Assembly (NCBI GenBank): GCA_963815215.1
Contig: CAWFFU010000003.1
Span: 448,001-512,000 of the forward strand
Direction: 5' to 3'
DNA length: 64,000 bases
Source: an uncultured Trueperaceae bacterium
Lineage (GTDB): Bacteria; Deinococcota; Deinococci; Deinococcales; Trueperaceae
The translations under genes were made by a program, and so were the position numbers. The notes beneath the pieces were generated by a model. That model saw only the letters and a list, made by a program, of their open reading frames with translations, did no database searches and had not been told where the DNA came from. Positions 32,135 through 42,225 of the stretch are shown here, piece by piece. Position 1 is the first letter of the stretch, and the number at the start of each line of letters is the position of its first letter.

Positions 32135-32321
32135 GAGGATCTCCCACGTACCGTGTTGACTTGTGCGCTTGCCTCGCGCGCCCTCACCCTTGGTGGACGG
32201 TACCCGGGGCGCCATCCGGTGACCCGTTCATCCGGGTGGCGTCATGTCCCCGCCTGACTGCGTGCGCTTCTCACAGGCATGCTCGGAGGCTGAGGGAAAG
32301 CGTCGTCGGCGCTGACATGAC

Positions 32322-32356
32322 CGAGCGCGCGGACAGAGATCTAGTCCGCGCGCTCG
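32322..32356 (-). terminator. Hairpin downstream of pilin
   Basis: 13-bp stem CGAGCGCGCGGAC/GTCCGCGCGCTCG. Confidence 0.65.
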
Positions 32357-32386
32357 TGGTGCGTTCAGGCGCTAGGCGCCAGGCGA

Positions 32387-32776
<390 letters not shown>

Positions 32777-32871
32777 GTTGCGCTCCTTTCGATCGCAGGG
32801 AGGATGAGAGATATGGATGAACTCACGTCCCCGCAGGTAGTCCAACACGGGGCATTCCCGCGTCGCCATCA

Positions 32872-32904
32872 AGAGTAGCACCGGCGACTTACAGCACTCT
32901 TACA
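32872..32904 (-). promoter_or_regulatory. Pilin promoter: extended -10 plus TGTAAG-N5-TGTAAG direct repeat
   Basis: TGcTACTCT at 32880-32872; repeat halves at 32904-32899 and 32893-32888. Confidence 0.5.
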
Positions 32905-33027
32905 AATTTCCCACAGTGCCGAGGGCCCCTGAAGATTCGCCGAGTCAGTCGGTGACGGCTCTGGCGCGGGCGTTGGCGTCACCCGCGGACTGGCCGACGC
33001 ACCTCGCCACATGGTACGCTCGCCAAC

Positions 33028-33127
33028 GCCCCGCCGGCCCAACGCGGTGGCGACCCCCGAACCAGGTCAGATCGGAAGAAGCAGCCTTAAGGGGTGATCG
33101 TCAGGTGCCGTTGGCCACCGGCGGGGC
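33028..33127 (+). ncRNA. ffs: SRP RNA (4.5S)
   Basis: Terminal stem GCCCCGCCGG/CCGGCGGGGC; core GAACCAGGTCAGATCGGAAGAAGCAGCC; upstream TGgTACGCT. Confidence 0.85.
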
Positions 33128-33228
33128 ACTGTCTTGCATGCCGCGTGAGCCCCCCCGGATCAGGCTCCATCCCTAGGCGGGCCGACGTCGGCACACCGCA
33201 GCCGCGCGCGAGAACGTTCACGCGTCCC

Positions 33229-34089
33229 TCAAGCCCCGAGCCGGTCGCAACGCTCCCGCAACGCCGACAGGTACGACCCCCCGAACAGCGCCACGTGCAC
33301 CAGCAGCGGTACCAGCTGGTACAGGTCCCTCCGCCAGCGGTCGTACCCGGGATCGACCGGCCGCCGCTCCCGATAGGCCTGATGGAACGCCGCTCCGAAG
33401 GTCTGGAACAGGTCGATGAAGGCGAGCTCGACCTCGGCGTCCGCGAAGTAGAGCGCAGGATCGAGGAACGCCACGACGCGGCCGCCCCTCGCGAGCACGT
33501 TGCCGGACCAGACGTCGCCATGGATGAGCGCGGGTGCAGGCTCGGCGTCGAAGCGCTGTGGGAGCTCCGCCGCGATCCTCTCGACACGCGCGCGCTCGCG
33601 TTCCGGTAGCGCCCCCCGCTCCACCGCCATCGCGGCCAGCGGGAGCAATCGGCGCCGCGCGTAGAACTCGGGCCACGACGCGGTCCAGCGATTGTCGAGG
33701 GGGAACGGCCCCAGCAGGGTGTCGCGCTCGAAACCGAAGGCGTGCGCGGTGACCAGATGCAGCTCGGCCAACAACCGGCCGGCATCCCGTTCCACGGCCT
33801 CCGAGCGCTCGGACGAGCCCTCCACGAAGGCTTCGATCAGGAGGTCGGCGTCGGCGTGCAGCACGACCGGCACGGGTAGGGCGCTGCGCTCCCCGAGGAA
33901 GCGCAGCATGAACCCCTCTACGTCCAACGGCGTGCCCGGAGAGGTCTTGGCGACCACCTCGCGCCCGTCCGACAGGCGGCAACGCACCACGCGTCCCACC
34001 TGTCCCCCACCCAGCCGCGACCACCGCACCACGTCGACGCCCAGCGCGGACGCCACCCGGCGAGCGATGGCACCGTCGGTGGCGCTCAC
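33229..34089 (-). CDS. Fructosamine kinase family protein
   Basis: FGFERDT, LIHGDVWSGN, DPALYFADAEVELA, LYQLVPLLVH; start uncertain. Confidence 0.85.
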   Translation of the reverse strand: MSATDGAIARRVASALGVDVVRWSRLGGGQVGRVVRCRLSDGREVVAKTSPGTPLDVEGFMLRFLGERSALPVPVVLHADADLLIEAFVEGSSERSEAVERDAGRLLAELHLVTAHAFGFERDTLLGPFPLDNRWTASWPEFYARRRLLPLAAMAVERGALPERERARVERIAAELPQRFDAEPAPALIHGDVWSGNVLARGGRVVAFLDPALYFADAEVELAFIDLFQTFGAAFHQAYRERRPVDPGYDRWRRDLYQLVPLLVHVALFGGSYLSALRERCDRLGA

Positions 34090-34123
34090 CGTCGGCGCGG
34101 CCGGCGACTCCGGTTCCGGAGCC

Positions 34124-34612
34124 TCACGCCGCCGTGCCGTCCAAGCGTTCCCGGACCTCCTGCAGCAACCCCTGCGCAGCAGCCTCGACCAGGTCCAGCA
34201 CGTACTCGAAGGCTTCGGGTCCGCCGCTGTACGGGTCGGGCACCTCGCGCTCGCGGCGCTCGGGCGCGAACTCCAGGAAGAGGCGGACGTCCCCGCCGGA
34301 GGCGCACAGCTTGCGCACCCGGTTGAGGTTGCCACGGTCCATCGTCAGGATCAGATCGAAGTGCCCGCAATCGGCGGGGCGGACCCCGCGCGCCCTCAGG
34401 TCGCCGATGTCGACGCCCCTGGCTCCGGCCGCCGCGATCGCGCGCCGATCCGGGGGATCCCCGGCGTGGTAATCGATGGTCCCGGCAGAGTCGACGATGA
34501 CGCGATCGGCCAGCCCGGCCTCGGCCACCAGACGGCGGAAGACGCCGTGCGCCATCGGCGACCGGCAGATGTTGCCCATGCACACGAACAGGATGCTCAC
34601 GGTCTCGGCCAT
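34124..34612 (-). CDS. Low molecular weight protein-tyrosine phosphatase
   Basis: CMGNICRS P-loop, DSAGT, VPDPY. Confidence 0.93.
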   Translation of the reverse strand: MAETVSILFVCMGNICRSPMAHGVFRRLVAEAGLADRVIVDSAGTIDYHAGDPPDRRAIAAAGARGVDIGDLRARGVRPADCGHFDLILTMDRGNLNRVRKLCASGGDVRLFLEFAPERREREVPDPYSGGPEAFEYVLDLVEAAAQGLLQEVRERLDGTAA

Positions 34613-34694
34613 CGCCGCCCACGGTAGCACCCGCTGGCAACGCGCGAACCTGCCTAGGCAGACCGGTCCGTACAGCTAACTGGGGCCCCGACCC

Positions 34695-36887
34695 CTACGC
34701 CTTCAAGCCCGGTTTGGCCCGGTAGACCTGGGTCACGTCCGTGATCCGCGCCACGTTGTCCTTGATGAACTCGATCTCGCTCTGGTCCTTCACGTCGACC
34801 CGGAAGTGGATGCGCGCCCTGGAGGCGCTCTGCACGTCCGCCGTCACCCTCGTCGCACTCTTGTTCATGCCGCCGATCACGTCCAACACGTCCTTCAGCA
34901 GGCCGGGCCGATCGACCGCCACCACCTCGAAATCGACGGCGAACACCTCGCCCGAAGGCACGTCCCAGGTGACGTTGACGAACCGTTCGCTCTCCCTCGT
35001 CATCAGGTGCTTGACGTTCGGGCAATCGACCCTGTGCACGGTGATCCCGCGGCCCCGGGTGATGTAGCCCACCACGTCGTCGCCCCGCACCGGCGAGCAA
35101 CACTGGGCCAGCTTGGCCGGCGCGTCCAGCCCGTCGACGTACACCCCGCTGACGCTCTTGCGCTCGCCGGGAGCGGGCTGAGAGGGGCGGCGTTCCTTGA
35201 TGAGGTCGGGCGCGAGCGTCTCGACCACCTGCTTCACCGGCATGCGGTGGTTCTCGATCGCCAGGTAGAGGTCGTCGGCGGAGTCTGAGTTGAGCAGCTT
35301 GTGCGCGGCGTCCTCCAGTTTCGCCTTGGTGGTGAGCGACCCGAGCGGGAGCTGCCGCCGGCGCAGGGCCCGTTCCAGCGCGCGCTTCCCGCTCTCGAGG
35401 TTCCCCTCCCGCTCCTGCTGACGGAAGTAGTGACGGATCTTCTGCTTGGCGCTGCGCGTCACCACCGTGTTGAGCCATCCGCTGGAGGGCCCGTACTGGC
35501 TGCTGCGGTTGGTGAGGATCTCGACGCGGTCGCCGGTCTGCAGCTCGTAGCCGAGCGGCACGATCTCGCCGTTGACGCGGGCGCCGATGCAGCGGTGTCC
35601 GACCTGGGTGTGGACCTGGTAGGCGAAGTCGATGGGGGTGCTGCCGCGGGGCAGGTTGACCACGTCGCCGGCCGGAGTGAACACCAGCACGCGCTCGGCC
35701 AGGAAGTCGCCCTTGACGGCGTCGACGAACGCCCCGGCATCCTCGGAGGTGGTGTCGACCTCGAGCAGCTGCTTCATCCACTCCAGACGCTTCTGGATCT
35801 CGTCGGTGTCCTCGATGCCCTGCTTGTACGCCCAGTGGGCGGCCACCCCGAACTCGGCCACTTCGTGCATGCGGTGCGTACGGATCTGCACCTCGATGGG
35901 CTGGCCCAGCAACCCGATCACGGTGGTGTGCAGCGACTGGTAGCCGTTGGGCTTGGGCACCGCCACGTAGTCCTTGAAGCGCCCGGGGATCGGGGTCCAC
36001 AGGCTGTGGACGATGCCCAGCGCCCGGTAGCACACGGCCTTCTCGGCATCTTCGGGCACCATGCCCGGCATGGGCCTGTCGGGCGCCAGGATGGCGCGGA
36101 TCGCCATCAGATCGAAGATCTGGTCCAGGTTCTTGTTGTCGCGCTGCATCTTGCGGTAGATGCTGTAGAGGTGCTTGCTGCGCCCGGAGAGCTCGAACGT
36201 GAGCCCTTCGCCCTTCAGCCGATCGGCGAGCAGCCCGATCGACTCCTGCACGTACGCCTCGCGCTCCGCGTGACGCATGCGGACCTGGCGGTCGAGCTGG
36301 TGGTAGCGTTCCGGCTCGAGGTAGTAGAAGCTCAGGTCCTCGAGCTCGTTCTTGATGTGGTTGATGCCCAGCCGGTGCGCCAGCGGCGCGAAGATCTCCA
36401 GCGTCTCCTTGCTGATGCGCTGCTGCTTGACCGGTGGCATGCTCGCGAGCGTGCGCATGTTGTGGAGCCGGTCGGCCAGCTTCACCAGGATGATGCGGGC
36501 GTCGCTGACCATCGCCAGCAGCATCTGCCGCAGGTTCTCGGCCTGCTCGTCCTCGTAGACGCGCACGGCCAGCTTGCTGATCTTGGTCTCGCCCTCGACG
36601 ATGCGGCGCACCGACTCGCCGAAGCGCTGCTCGATCTGCTCCAGGGTTGCGGGGGTGTCCTCGACCGTGTCGTGCAGCAGGCCCGCCATCAGCGCGTTGA
36701 CGTCGAGGTGCAGCTCGGCCAGCAAGGCGGTCACAGCGACGGGGTGGCTGATGTAGTCCTCGCCCGAGCGCCGCTTCATGCCACGGTGCGCCTCCTCGGC
36801 GAACCGGAAGGCTTCCGAGACGCGCCCCCTGTCCACGGGACTCAGGTAATCAGTGGCGGCGTCGAGGCTGGCCAGGAGCCCATCCAT
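34695..36887 (-). CDS. rel: Bifunctional (p)ppGpp synthetase/hydrolase
   Basis: HDTVEDT, KLADRLHNMRT, RFKD, YQSLHT, EVQIRT, TGS domain, CC motif, ACT domain; start ATG 36887 or GTG 36899. Confidence 0.95.
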   Translation of the reverse strand: MDGLLASLDAATDYLSPVDRGRVSEAFRFAEEAHRGMKRRSGEDYISHPVAVTALLAELHLDVNALMAGLLHDTVEDTPATLEQIEQRFGESVRRIVEGETKISKLAVRVYEDEQAENLRQMLLAMVSDARIILVKLADRLHNMRTLASMPPVKQQRISKETLEIFAPLAHRLGINHIKNELEDLSFYYLEPERYHQLDRQVRMRHAEREAYVQESIGLLADRLKGEGLTFELSGRSKHLYSIYRKMQRDNKNLDQIFDLMAIRAILAPDRPMPGMVPEDAEKAVCYRALGIVHSLWTPIPGRFKDYVAVPKPNGYQSLHTTVIGLLGQPIEVQIRTHRMHEVAEFGVAAHWAYKQGIEDTDEIQKRLEWMKQLLEVDTTSEDAGAFVDAVKGDFLAERVLVFTPAGDVVNLPRGSTPIDFAYQVHTQVGHRCIGARVNGEIVPLGYELQTGDRVEILTNRSSQYGPSSGWLNTVVTRSAKQKIRHYFRQQEREGNLESGKRALERALRRRQLPLGSLTTKAKLEDAAHKLLNSDSADDLYLAIENHRMPVKQVVETLAPDLIKERRPSQPAPGERKSVSGVYVDGLDAPAKLAQCCSPVRGDDVVGYITRGRGITVHRVDCPNVKHLMTRESERFVNVTWDVPSGEVFAVDFEVVAVDRPGLLKDVLDVIGGMNKSATRVTADVQSASRARIHFRVDVKDQSEIEFIKDNVARITDVTQVYRAKPGLKA

Positions 36888-36965
36888 TAGGCGTATCACT
36901 CTATCACCAGGGGGCCCACTCCCCGGCGCCGAACGCGACGCCCACGCGTCGGCCGAGGCGAAGCG

Positions 36966-38093
36966 CTATCTCAGGCGCACGCGGCGGGCCAGGAGGAACA
37001 CGCCGATCACCGCGAGCACGATGTTGCCCAGCCATGGCCCGAGCCACGCCGGCAAGGCTCCGGTCTGCGAGAAGAGCTGGCCGAAGGTGAGCAGGACGTA
37101 CCAGACCAGCGTCACCACCAGCGACAGGCCGAAGGCGACGCCGCGGCTGCCGGCGTAGAGCAGCGCCAGCGGGATGGCGACCAGCAGCAGCGTCAGGTTG
37201 GCGAACGGCTCGGCCAGCATGCGCTGGAACAGCACCGCCGCCTGGCGCCGGTCGTGATACGACAGGGCGGCATCGCGGGAGTCGCGCCAGGCTCCGGCGA
37301 TGGAGCGGGTGTCCTCGAACCCTCCCTTGCTGAAGCGGCTGATCAGGTCCTTCTCCGTGAGCGACGTGGTGAGCGTGAGGGTAGCGTTCGGATCGGCGGG
37401 ACGGTTGAGCACGCGCACCAGCTTCGCCAGCGCCTGCCGGGGGTCGCCCGCGGTCGTGTCGAGCGCTGAGAAGTCCAGCACCGTCACGTCGTAGCCCTTC
37501 AGCACGAGAGCGGTGCCTTGGAAGGTCGCGCTGCGCGCGCGCACCAGCGTGAGCTTCTGTCCGTCCCAGCGTTCGACCCGCACGCCCTGCATGGTGTCCG
37601 TGCCGGCGTTGGCGTTCTGGAAGCGGAGGGTGAAGTCGCCTACCGGAACGTTCTGGCCGGCCAGCCGGAACAGGCCGCTCGAGCCAGCCGTCAGCTCCCA
37701 GTACTGCCGGGCCACCATGCCGTTGGTGGTGGGAAGCACCCACTGGTTGAGCGCCAGCGCCCCGCCGGCGGCCACCAGCCCGGCGGCGATGAACACCGCC
37801 GAGGTCCGCAGCAGGGAGATCGTCCCCGCCTGCATGGCCAGTAACTCGTTGTCGGTCCCGAGCCGCCCGAACGCCAACAGCACGGCCAGCACCAGCGCGA
37901 TGGGCAGCGTCTGCTCCATGGCGGTGGGGAGCTGCAGCGCCAGCCATCCCGTCAGCCGCAGGATCGGCGTGCCGACCACCCACTGCAGCCTCGGGATCGT
38001 GGTGCTGATGACGGCCAGGCCGGCGTACAGCAGGAGCCCGAAGAGCAGCGGGGGTACGCTCTCGCGCAGCAGGTAGCGGTCGATCCTCGTCAT
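36966..38093 (-). CDS. LptF/LptG family permease
   Basis: IDRYLLRE, LPIALVLAVLLAFGRL..NELLAMQAGTIS, 3+3 TM helices with periplasmic domain, PWLGNIV. Confidence 0.88.
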   Translation of the reverse strand: MTRIDRYLLRESVPPLLFGLLLYAGLAVISTTIPRLQWVVGTPILRLTGWLALQLPTAMEQTLPIALVLAVLLAFGRLGTDNELLAMQAGTISLLRTSAVFIAAGLVAAGGALALNQWVLPTTNGMVARQYWELTAGSSGLFRLAGQNVPVGDFTLRFQNANAGTDTMQGVRVERWDGQKLTLVRARSATFQGTALVLKGYDVTVLDFSALDTTAGDPRQALAKLVRVLNRPADPNATLTLTTSLTEKDLISRFSKGGFEDTRSIAGAWRDSRDAALSYHDRRQAAVLFQRMLAEPFANLTLLLVAIPLALLYAGSRGVAFGLSLVVTLVWYVLLTFGQLFSQTGALPAWLGPWLGNIVLAVIGVFLLARRVRLR

Positions 38094-38145
38094 GTCCGGT
38101 GGCGTCCCAATGCGTTCCGTCGCCGTCTCCCGATCGCCCCTACCG

Positions 38146-40269
38146 TCATGGCGGCGACGAGACGGTCGCGGCACCGGCCATGATACCCGTGCCGGCCGCG
38201 CTCACCGACGGGGGCGCCGTCGAACCGGCGTTCCCCGGCCCGCCGATCGAGCAGGTGGTCGAGGCGGTCCCCGTCGACGCCAGCGTCGCGGGCCCATCGA
38301 GCGGACTACCGCAGCCGGAGGTACCTGCCTGCGCATCGGTTGCGGTACGGCGCTGCAGGTCGACCGACACGGACACGCTCCACGTCCCGTCCTGATCACG
38401 GTAGCCCAGTTGCAGCGCGCCGCAGCAGCTCACGAAGGTGAGGTCGAGGCCGTGCCCGCTGATGGCGGGCAGGGCGCCGCCGGTGACGGTCGGAGCGAAG
38501 TTCAACGCCAGGTACGGCGTGAGTTCGACGCCGGGGAGCTCGATCGGCACGGCCGCGCTCAGCTCCAGCCGGTCCAGGCCCACGGGATCGGGCGCCCAGG
38601 TGTAGCGGGCGCGGGCGCCGAACTGCAGACCGCCGTCCGCGGCGCTCACGCTCCCCTGCAGGTAGCCGTCGCGCTCGCCGTTGGGGGCGAGCACGCCCTG
38701 CAGCGCGGTGTCGACCCCGACCTGGAGGCGCCATGGGCCGAGCTGCCGCGCCACCGAGGCGGTGGCCTCGAGCCGGTTGACCCCCGCGTCCACCGACGGG
38801 GAGGCGACGAGGTCGTAGCTCCCGACGACCTTCGAGGAGCCCGACCAACCCGGGCCCAACGCCCCCCGAGCCGTCACCTGCAGCGAGGGACGCTGCGCCG
38901 GCTCCAGACGGTCGAGGGTGGTGGTGAACGGCGATCCGCTATCGGTGAAGCGCGCCAGGTAGCTCGCGCTGAGGTCCACCCCGCCTGCCCGGACGCTGTA
39001 GCCAGGTTGGAGATCGACCCCCCACTGAGAGGCGCCCTGATCGGGGTACAGGCTCTCGCTCAGGCTCGTCCTGAGCGTCAGTCGGCCCCATGCCGCAGCC
39101 GCCGTGCCGATCTGGAACGACCCGGTGGCGCCCAAGCGCGCGCCGGCGACCGGACCGGCCGCAGGTTCCTGCGACGAGCCCGCCGCCACGAGCGCCAGCG
39201 CGGCGTCACCGCCCAGGGCGGGCAGCCGTGTGTGGGCCCGGAGGTGGAGCACACCCTCGCGCAACGTGTCGCGGTTGCCCGGTTCGAGCACGCGGGTGTC
39301 GAACCCGGCGTCGAGCCACGGAAGCACGGGGTGGTCGCTGGTCATCTCGAAACGCATGCCGTCGGGCGCCTTCCCGAAGGTGAACGACCCCCCGGCTCCC
39401 TTCCCCGCCAGGAGGGCCACGGCCGACAGCGGATAGTCGGCGTCGAGGCCGGTCGCGCCCAGGTCCGCATGGACACCGGGGCCCAGCCCCAACGGTCCGA
39501 CCGTCACCCCCAGGCCGGTCCCGGTCACCCCGGCGGCGACGTCGCTGGCCACGTAGCTCACCTTCACCGGTACGGTCAGGTCCTTGAGCGTCTTCTCCGA
39601 CAGCGTGATGGTGTCGGCGAGCAGCAGCGTCACGGCGCCGGCCCGGAGCCTGCCTCCCTGCAGCACTACCGTTCCCCCCTGCAGGTCGAGCCGCGCGCTG
39701 CGGCCTTGCACGTCGTACAGGGGTGGTCCTGCACAGGTGCAGGTGGTGATGAGCGGCCGGTCGATGGTGACGCCGTCGCCGGCGACGACGGCGCTCGCTC
39801 CGCGAACCACGTAGGTGGGCGCCTCGAGCACGGCGTGCTGCAGGCGAAGAGTCTCCTTCTGCAGATCGACCGTCACCGCCGAGGCGTCACCGTTGAGCTG
39901 CTTCCCTGCGACGCGAACGGTGCTCAAGGTGAGGGTCCGGCGGTCGGCATGGAGGCTGGCGGCCGTCATCGTCCAACCCTCGAAGTGCACCGTCGGCAGC
40001 TCCGCGCTGACCGAGAGCTGTCCGCTCAACCCCCGGACGGTCACGCGCTGGGCGAGCAGTGTCCACGCCACCCCCTCCCCCGTCAGGCACACCCCGCCGT
40101 AGAACTCGACGCTGTCGTGGGCGCTGTCGGTGCGGACCTGCTGGAAGTAGGCGGCTCCGAAGCCCTGGATCGACAGCTCGGAGGTCGTGGGCCCGCGCTC
40201 GCACTGCGCCGACGCCGTGCCGACGGCGAGCAACAACAGGAGGACGAGGAGGTGCCGGCTGCGCTGCAT
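38146..40269 (-). CDS. LptD-like outer membrane protein
   Basis: Signal peptide, N-terminal beta-jellyroll-like region, amphipathic beta strands, Cys pattern QC / TTC / SCC as in LptD. Confidence 0.68.
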   Translation of the reverse strand: MQRSRHLLVLLLLLAVGTASAQCERGPTTSELSIQGFGAAYFQQVRTDSAHDSVEFYGGVCLTGEGVAWTLLAQRVTVRGLSGQLSVSAELPTVHFEGWTMTAASLHADRRTLTLSTVRVAGKQLNGDASAVTVDLQKETLRLQHAVLEAPTYVVRGASAVVAGDGVTIDRPLITTCTCAGPPLYDVQGRSARLDLQGGTVVLQGGRLRAGAVTLLLADTITLSEKTLKDLTVPVKVSYVASDVAAGVTGTGLGVTVGPLGLGPGVHADLGATGLDADYPLSAVALLAGKGAGGSFTFGKAPDGMRFEMTSDHPVLPWLDAGFDTRVLEPGNRDTLREGVLHLRAHTRLPALGGDAALALVAAGSSQEPAAGPVAGARLGATGSFQIGTAAAAWGRLTLRTSLSESLYPDQGASQWGVDLQPGYSVRAGGVDLSASYLARFTDSGSPFTTTLDRLEPAQRPSLQVTARGALGPGWSGSSKVVGSYDLVASPSVDAGVNRLEATASVARQLGPWRLQVGVDTALQGVLAPNGERDGYLQGSVSAADGGLQFGARARYTWAPDPVGLDRLELSAAVPIELPGVELTPYLALNFAPTVTGGALPAISGHGLDLTFVSCCGALQLGYRDQDGTWSVSVSVDLQRRTATDAQAGTSGCGSPLDGPATLASTGTASTTCSIGGPGNAGSTAPPSVSAAGTGIMAGAATVSSPP

Positions 40270-40281
40270 CCGGTGGGGCGC

Positions 40282-40929
40282 TCAGGGGAGCTCGGCGGAG
40301 AAACGCGCCAGCAACGTGGGCGAGACCTCGGTGGCGGCATCGTACACAGGTGTTCCGGCGACCTGGTGGAGGTGCAGCTCCAGCCGGCCGCCGTCGGTCG
40401 GCGACGTCAGCGTGAGCACCCCGTCGCTGAAGCGGTAGTGCCCGAGCAGCAGCACGTCGCCGGTCTGAGCGTCCAGCAGCACGCGATCGGCGTGGAAGTC
40501 CGGGGAGGTCCCGGTCACCGGGCCGGTGAAGTCCACCACCTCGCGCCCCGCGACGTAGCGCAGCGTTCTGGCCGTCAACGTGAGGCCGTTGCGGGTGAGC
40601 GTCAGGTCGCCCGACGCGCGCAACGTCCCTGCCGGGATGTCGATGTGGATGGTGTCCGCCTTGAGCGTTCCGAAGCTCCCGGTCACCCGGGCGCCCGTCG
40701 CGTCGATGGTCGAGCCCTCCAGCACCTGCAGGGTGGCCGCCTCGAGCGTCACCCCGGTGTCCTGGTCGATCACCGTGCCCCCTTGGGGCAACGTGGTCAC
40801 GCCGGTGGTGATGTCGTAGCGCTGCGGCCCGGCCGGTGTCACGGTGAGCGCAGCGAAGGGCGCAGCCTCGGCCCGCGCCATCCCGGCCGGGAAGAGCAGC
40901 AGCAAGACGACACCGAGAAGGACTCGCAC
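40282..40929 (-). CDS. Secreted OstA/LptA-like beta-jellyroll protein
   Basis: Signal peptide, repeated L.A..L.Y / ASG.L.L strands, upstream of the LptD-like gene; GTG start 7 nt after TAGACT. Confidence 0.55.
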   Translation of the reverse strand: MRVLLGVVLLLLFPAGMARAEAAPFAALTVTPAGPQRYDITTGVTTLPQGGTVIDQDTGVTLEAATLQVLEGSTIDATGARVTGSFGTLKADTIHIDIPAGTLRASGDLTLTRNGLTLTARTLRYVAGREVVDFTGPVTGTSPDFHADRVLLDAQTGDVLLLGHYRFSDGVLTLTSPTDGGRLELHLHQVAGTPVYDAATEVSPTLLARFSAELP

Positions 40930-40965
40930 GGCCCCCAGTCTACTTGCGCCCAGCATGAAGATGCT

Positions 40966-42225
40966 CTAGGACCGTGGGCCGCGGGGACCGAGGGTGTGCA
41001 CGTACAGGTCGTCGAACGGACGCTCGTCGAGCAACGCGCGCCCCTGCTCGACCGTACTGTTCATGACCGCCTCGACCACGTTCTGCACGCTCTGGTAGCG
41101 ACCGAGCGTCTGATAGGCGGCGCCCAGCGAGACGAGCCTGCCGAGCGGCGTCTCGGCGCGGAGGGTGAGCCCGGTAGCCAGCTTCCGCTGCGCCCGCCGC
41201 CACTCCGCCGGATCGAGGGGCTCGTCCTGGGCCTTCACGACCACGCCGCGGTAGATGTCGATGACGTCCGCCGCCCGTTCCGGCGCCGCGCTCACGTAGC
41301 CCACGTAGGCCCCCGCGCCGTCCGACGCCTCGTGCCCGAGGCCGGCGCTGTCGGCGAGCCCGCGGTCCACCAGGCGCCAGAACAGGCGCGATCCGCTGTC
41401 ATCACCCAGCACGTTCGCCAGGATGGCGGCGGCGTAGCGGCGCTCGTCGGCAGCCGCGACGCCCGGAGCGAACACCGCGGCGTGCACCCGCTCGAGCTTG
41501 GGATCCTCCGTCCCGCCCTCACCGTGCAGCGGCGCCGGAGCAGGGAACTCGCGCGCTACCTCGAACGGCTCCCACGACGACGTCAACTCCGCCACCTGAG
41601 CGGTGACCGTCGACCAGTCGTAGGCGCCGGCGATCACCAGGGTGAGGTTGGACGGCGCGTAGCGCCGCTCGAAGTAGGCGAGCATCTGATCGCGAGCCAG
41701 CGCCCGTATCGAGGCCTCCCCACCGAGCACGCTGTTGCCCAGCGGGTGGCCGTTCCAGAACTCCCTCCCGGCCACCTCGAACACGCGGAAGTGCGGCCGG
41801 TCCTCGTACATGGCGATCTCTTCCAGGATGACGTTCTTCTCGAGGTCGAAGTCGTCGGCGCGGAGCGCGGGCCGCATCATGTCGCTCAGCAGGTCGAGCA
41901 GCCGCGGCAAGTGGTCGGGCAGGAGGGCGCCGTAGTAGACGGTGCGCTCCTCGCTCGTGAAGGCGTTGTATTGGGCTCCCAGCTCGTCGAAGCTGCGGTT
42001 GATGTCGGCCGCGCTGCGACGATCGGTCCCCTTGAACAGCATGTGCTCGAGGAAGTGCGATACCCCGGCCACTTCTGCCGTCTCGTCACGAGCTCCGGTC
42101 CGGACGAAGTACCCGGCCGCCACCGTGGACGCGTAGGGGTTGAGCTCCCCGATGACGGTGAGCCCGTTGTCGAGCACGGCTCGATCGAACCGGATACCGT
42201 CGCCCCCGGCGTCGCCCGCGCTCAT
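40966..42225 (-). CDS. M16 family zinc peptidase, catalytic subunit
   Basis: HFLEH inverted zincin motif, NAFTSEE, EKNVILEE. Confidence 0.92.
   Translation of the reverse strand: MSAGDAGGDGIRFDRAVLDNGLTVIGELNPYASTVAAGYFVRTGARDETAEVAGVSHFLEHMLFKGTDRRSAADINRSFDELGAQYNAFTSEERTVYYGALLPDHLPRLLDLLSDMMRPALRADDFDLEKNVILEEIAMYEDRPHFRVFEVAGREFWNGHPLGNSVLGGEASIRALARDQMLAYFERRYAPSNLTLVIAGAYDWSTVTAQVAELTSSWEPFEVAREFPAPAPLHGEGGTEDPKLERVHAAVFAPGVAAADERRYAAAILANVLGDDSGSRLFWRLVDRGLADSAGLGHEASDGAGAYVGYVSAAPERAADVIDIYRGVVVKAQDEPLDPAEWRRAQRKLATGLTLRAETPLGRLVSLGAAYQTLGRYQSVQNVVEAVMNSTVEQGRALLDERPFDDLYVHTLGPRGPRS

Noticed and set aside
32777..32866. c-di-GMP riboswitch in the pilin 5' UTR
   Set aside because: Some pairing is possible, but I could not find class I or class II consensus elements
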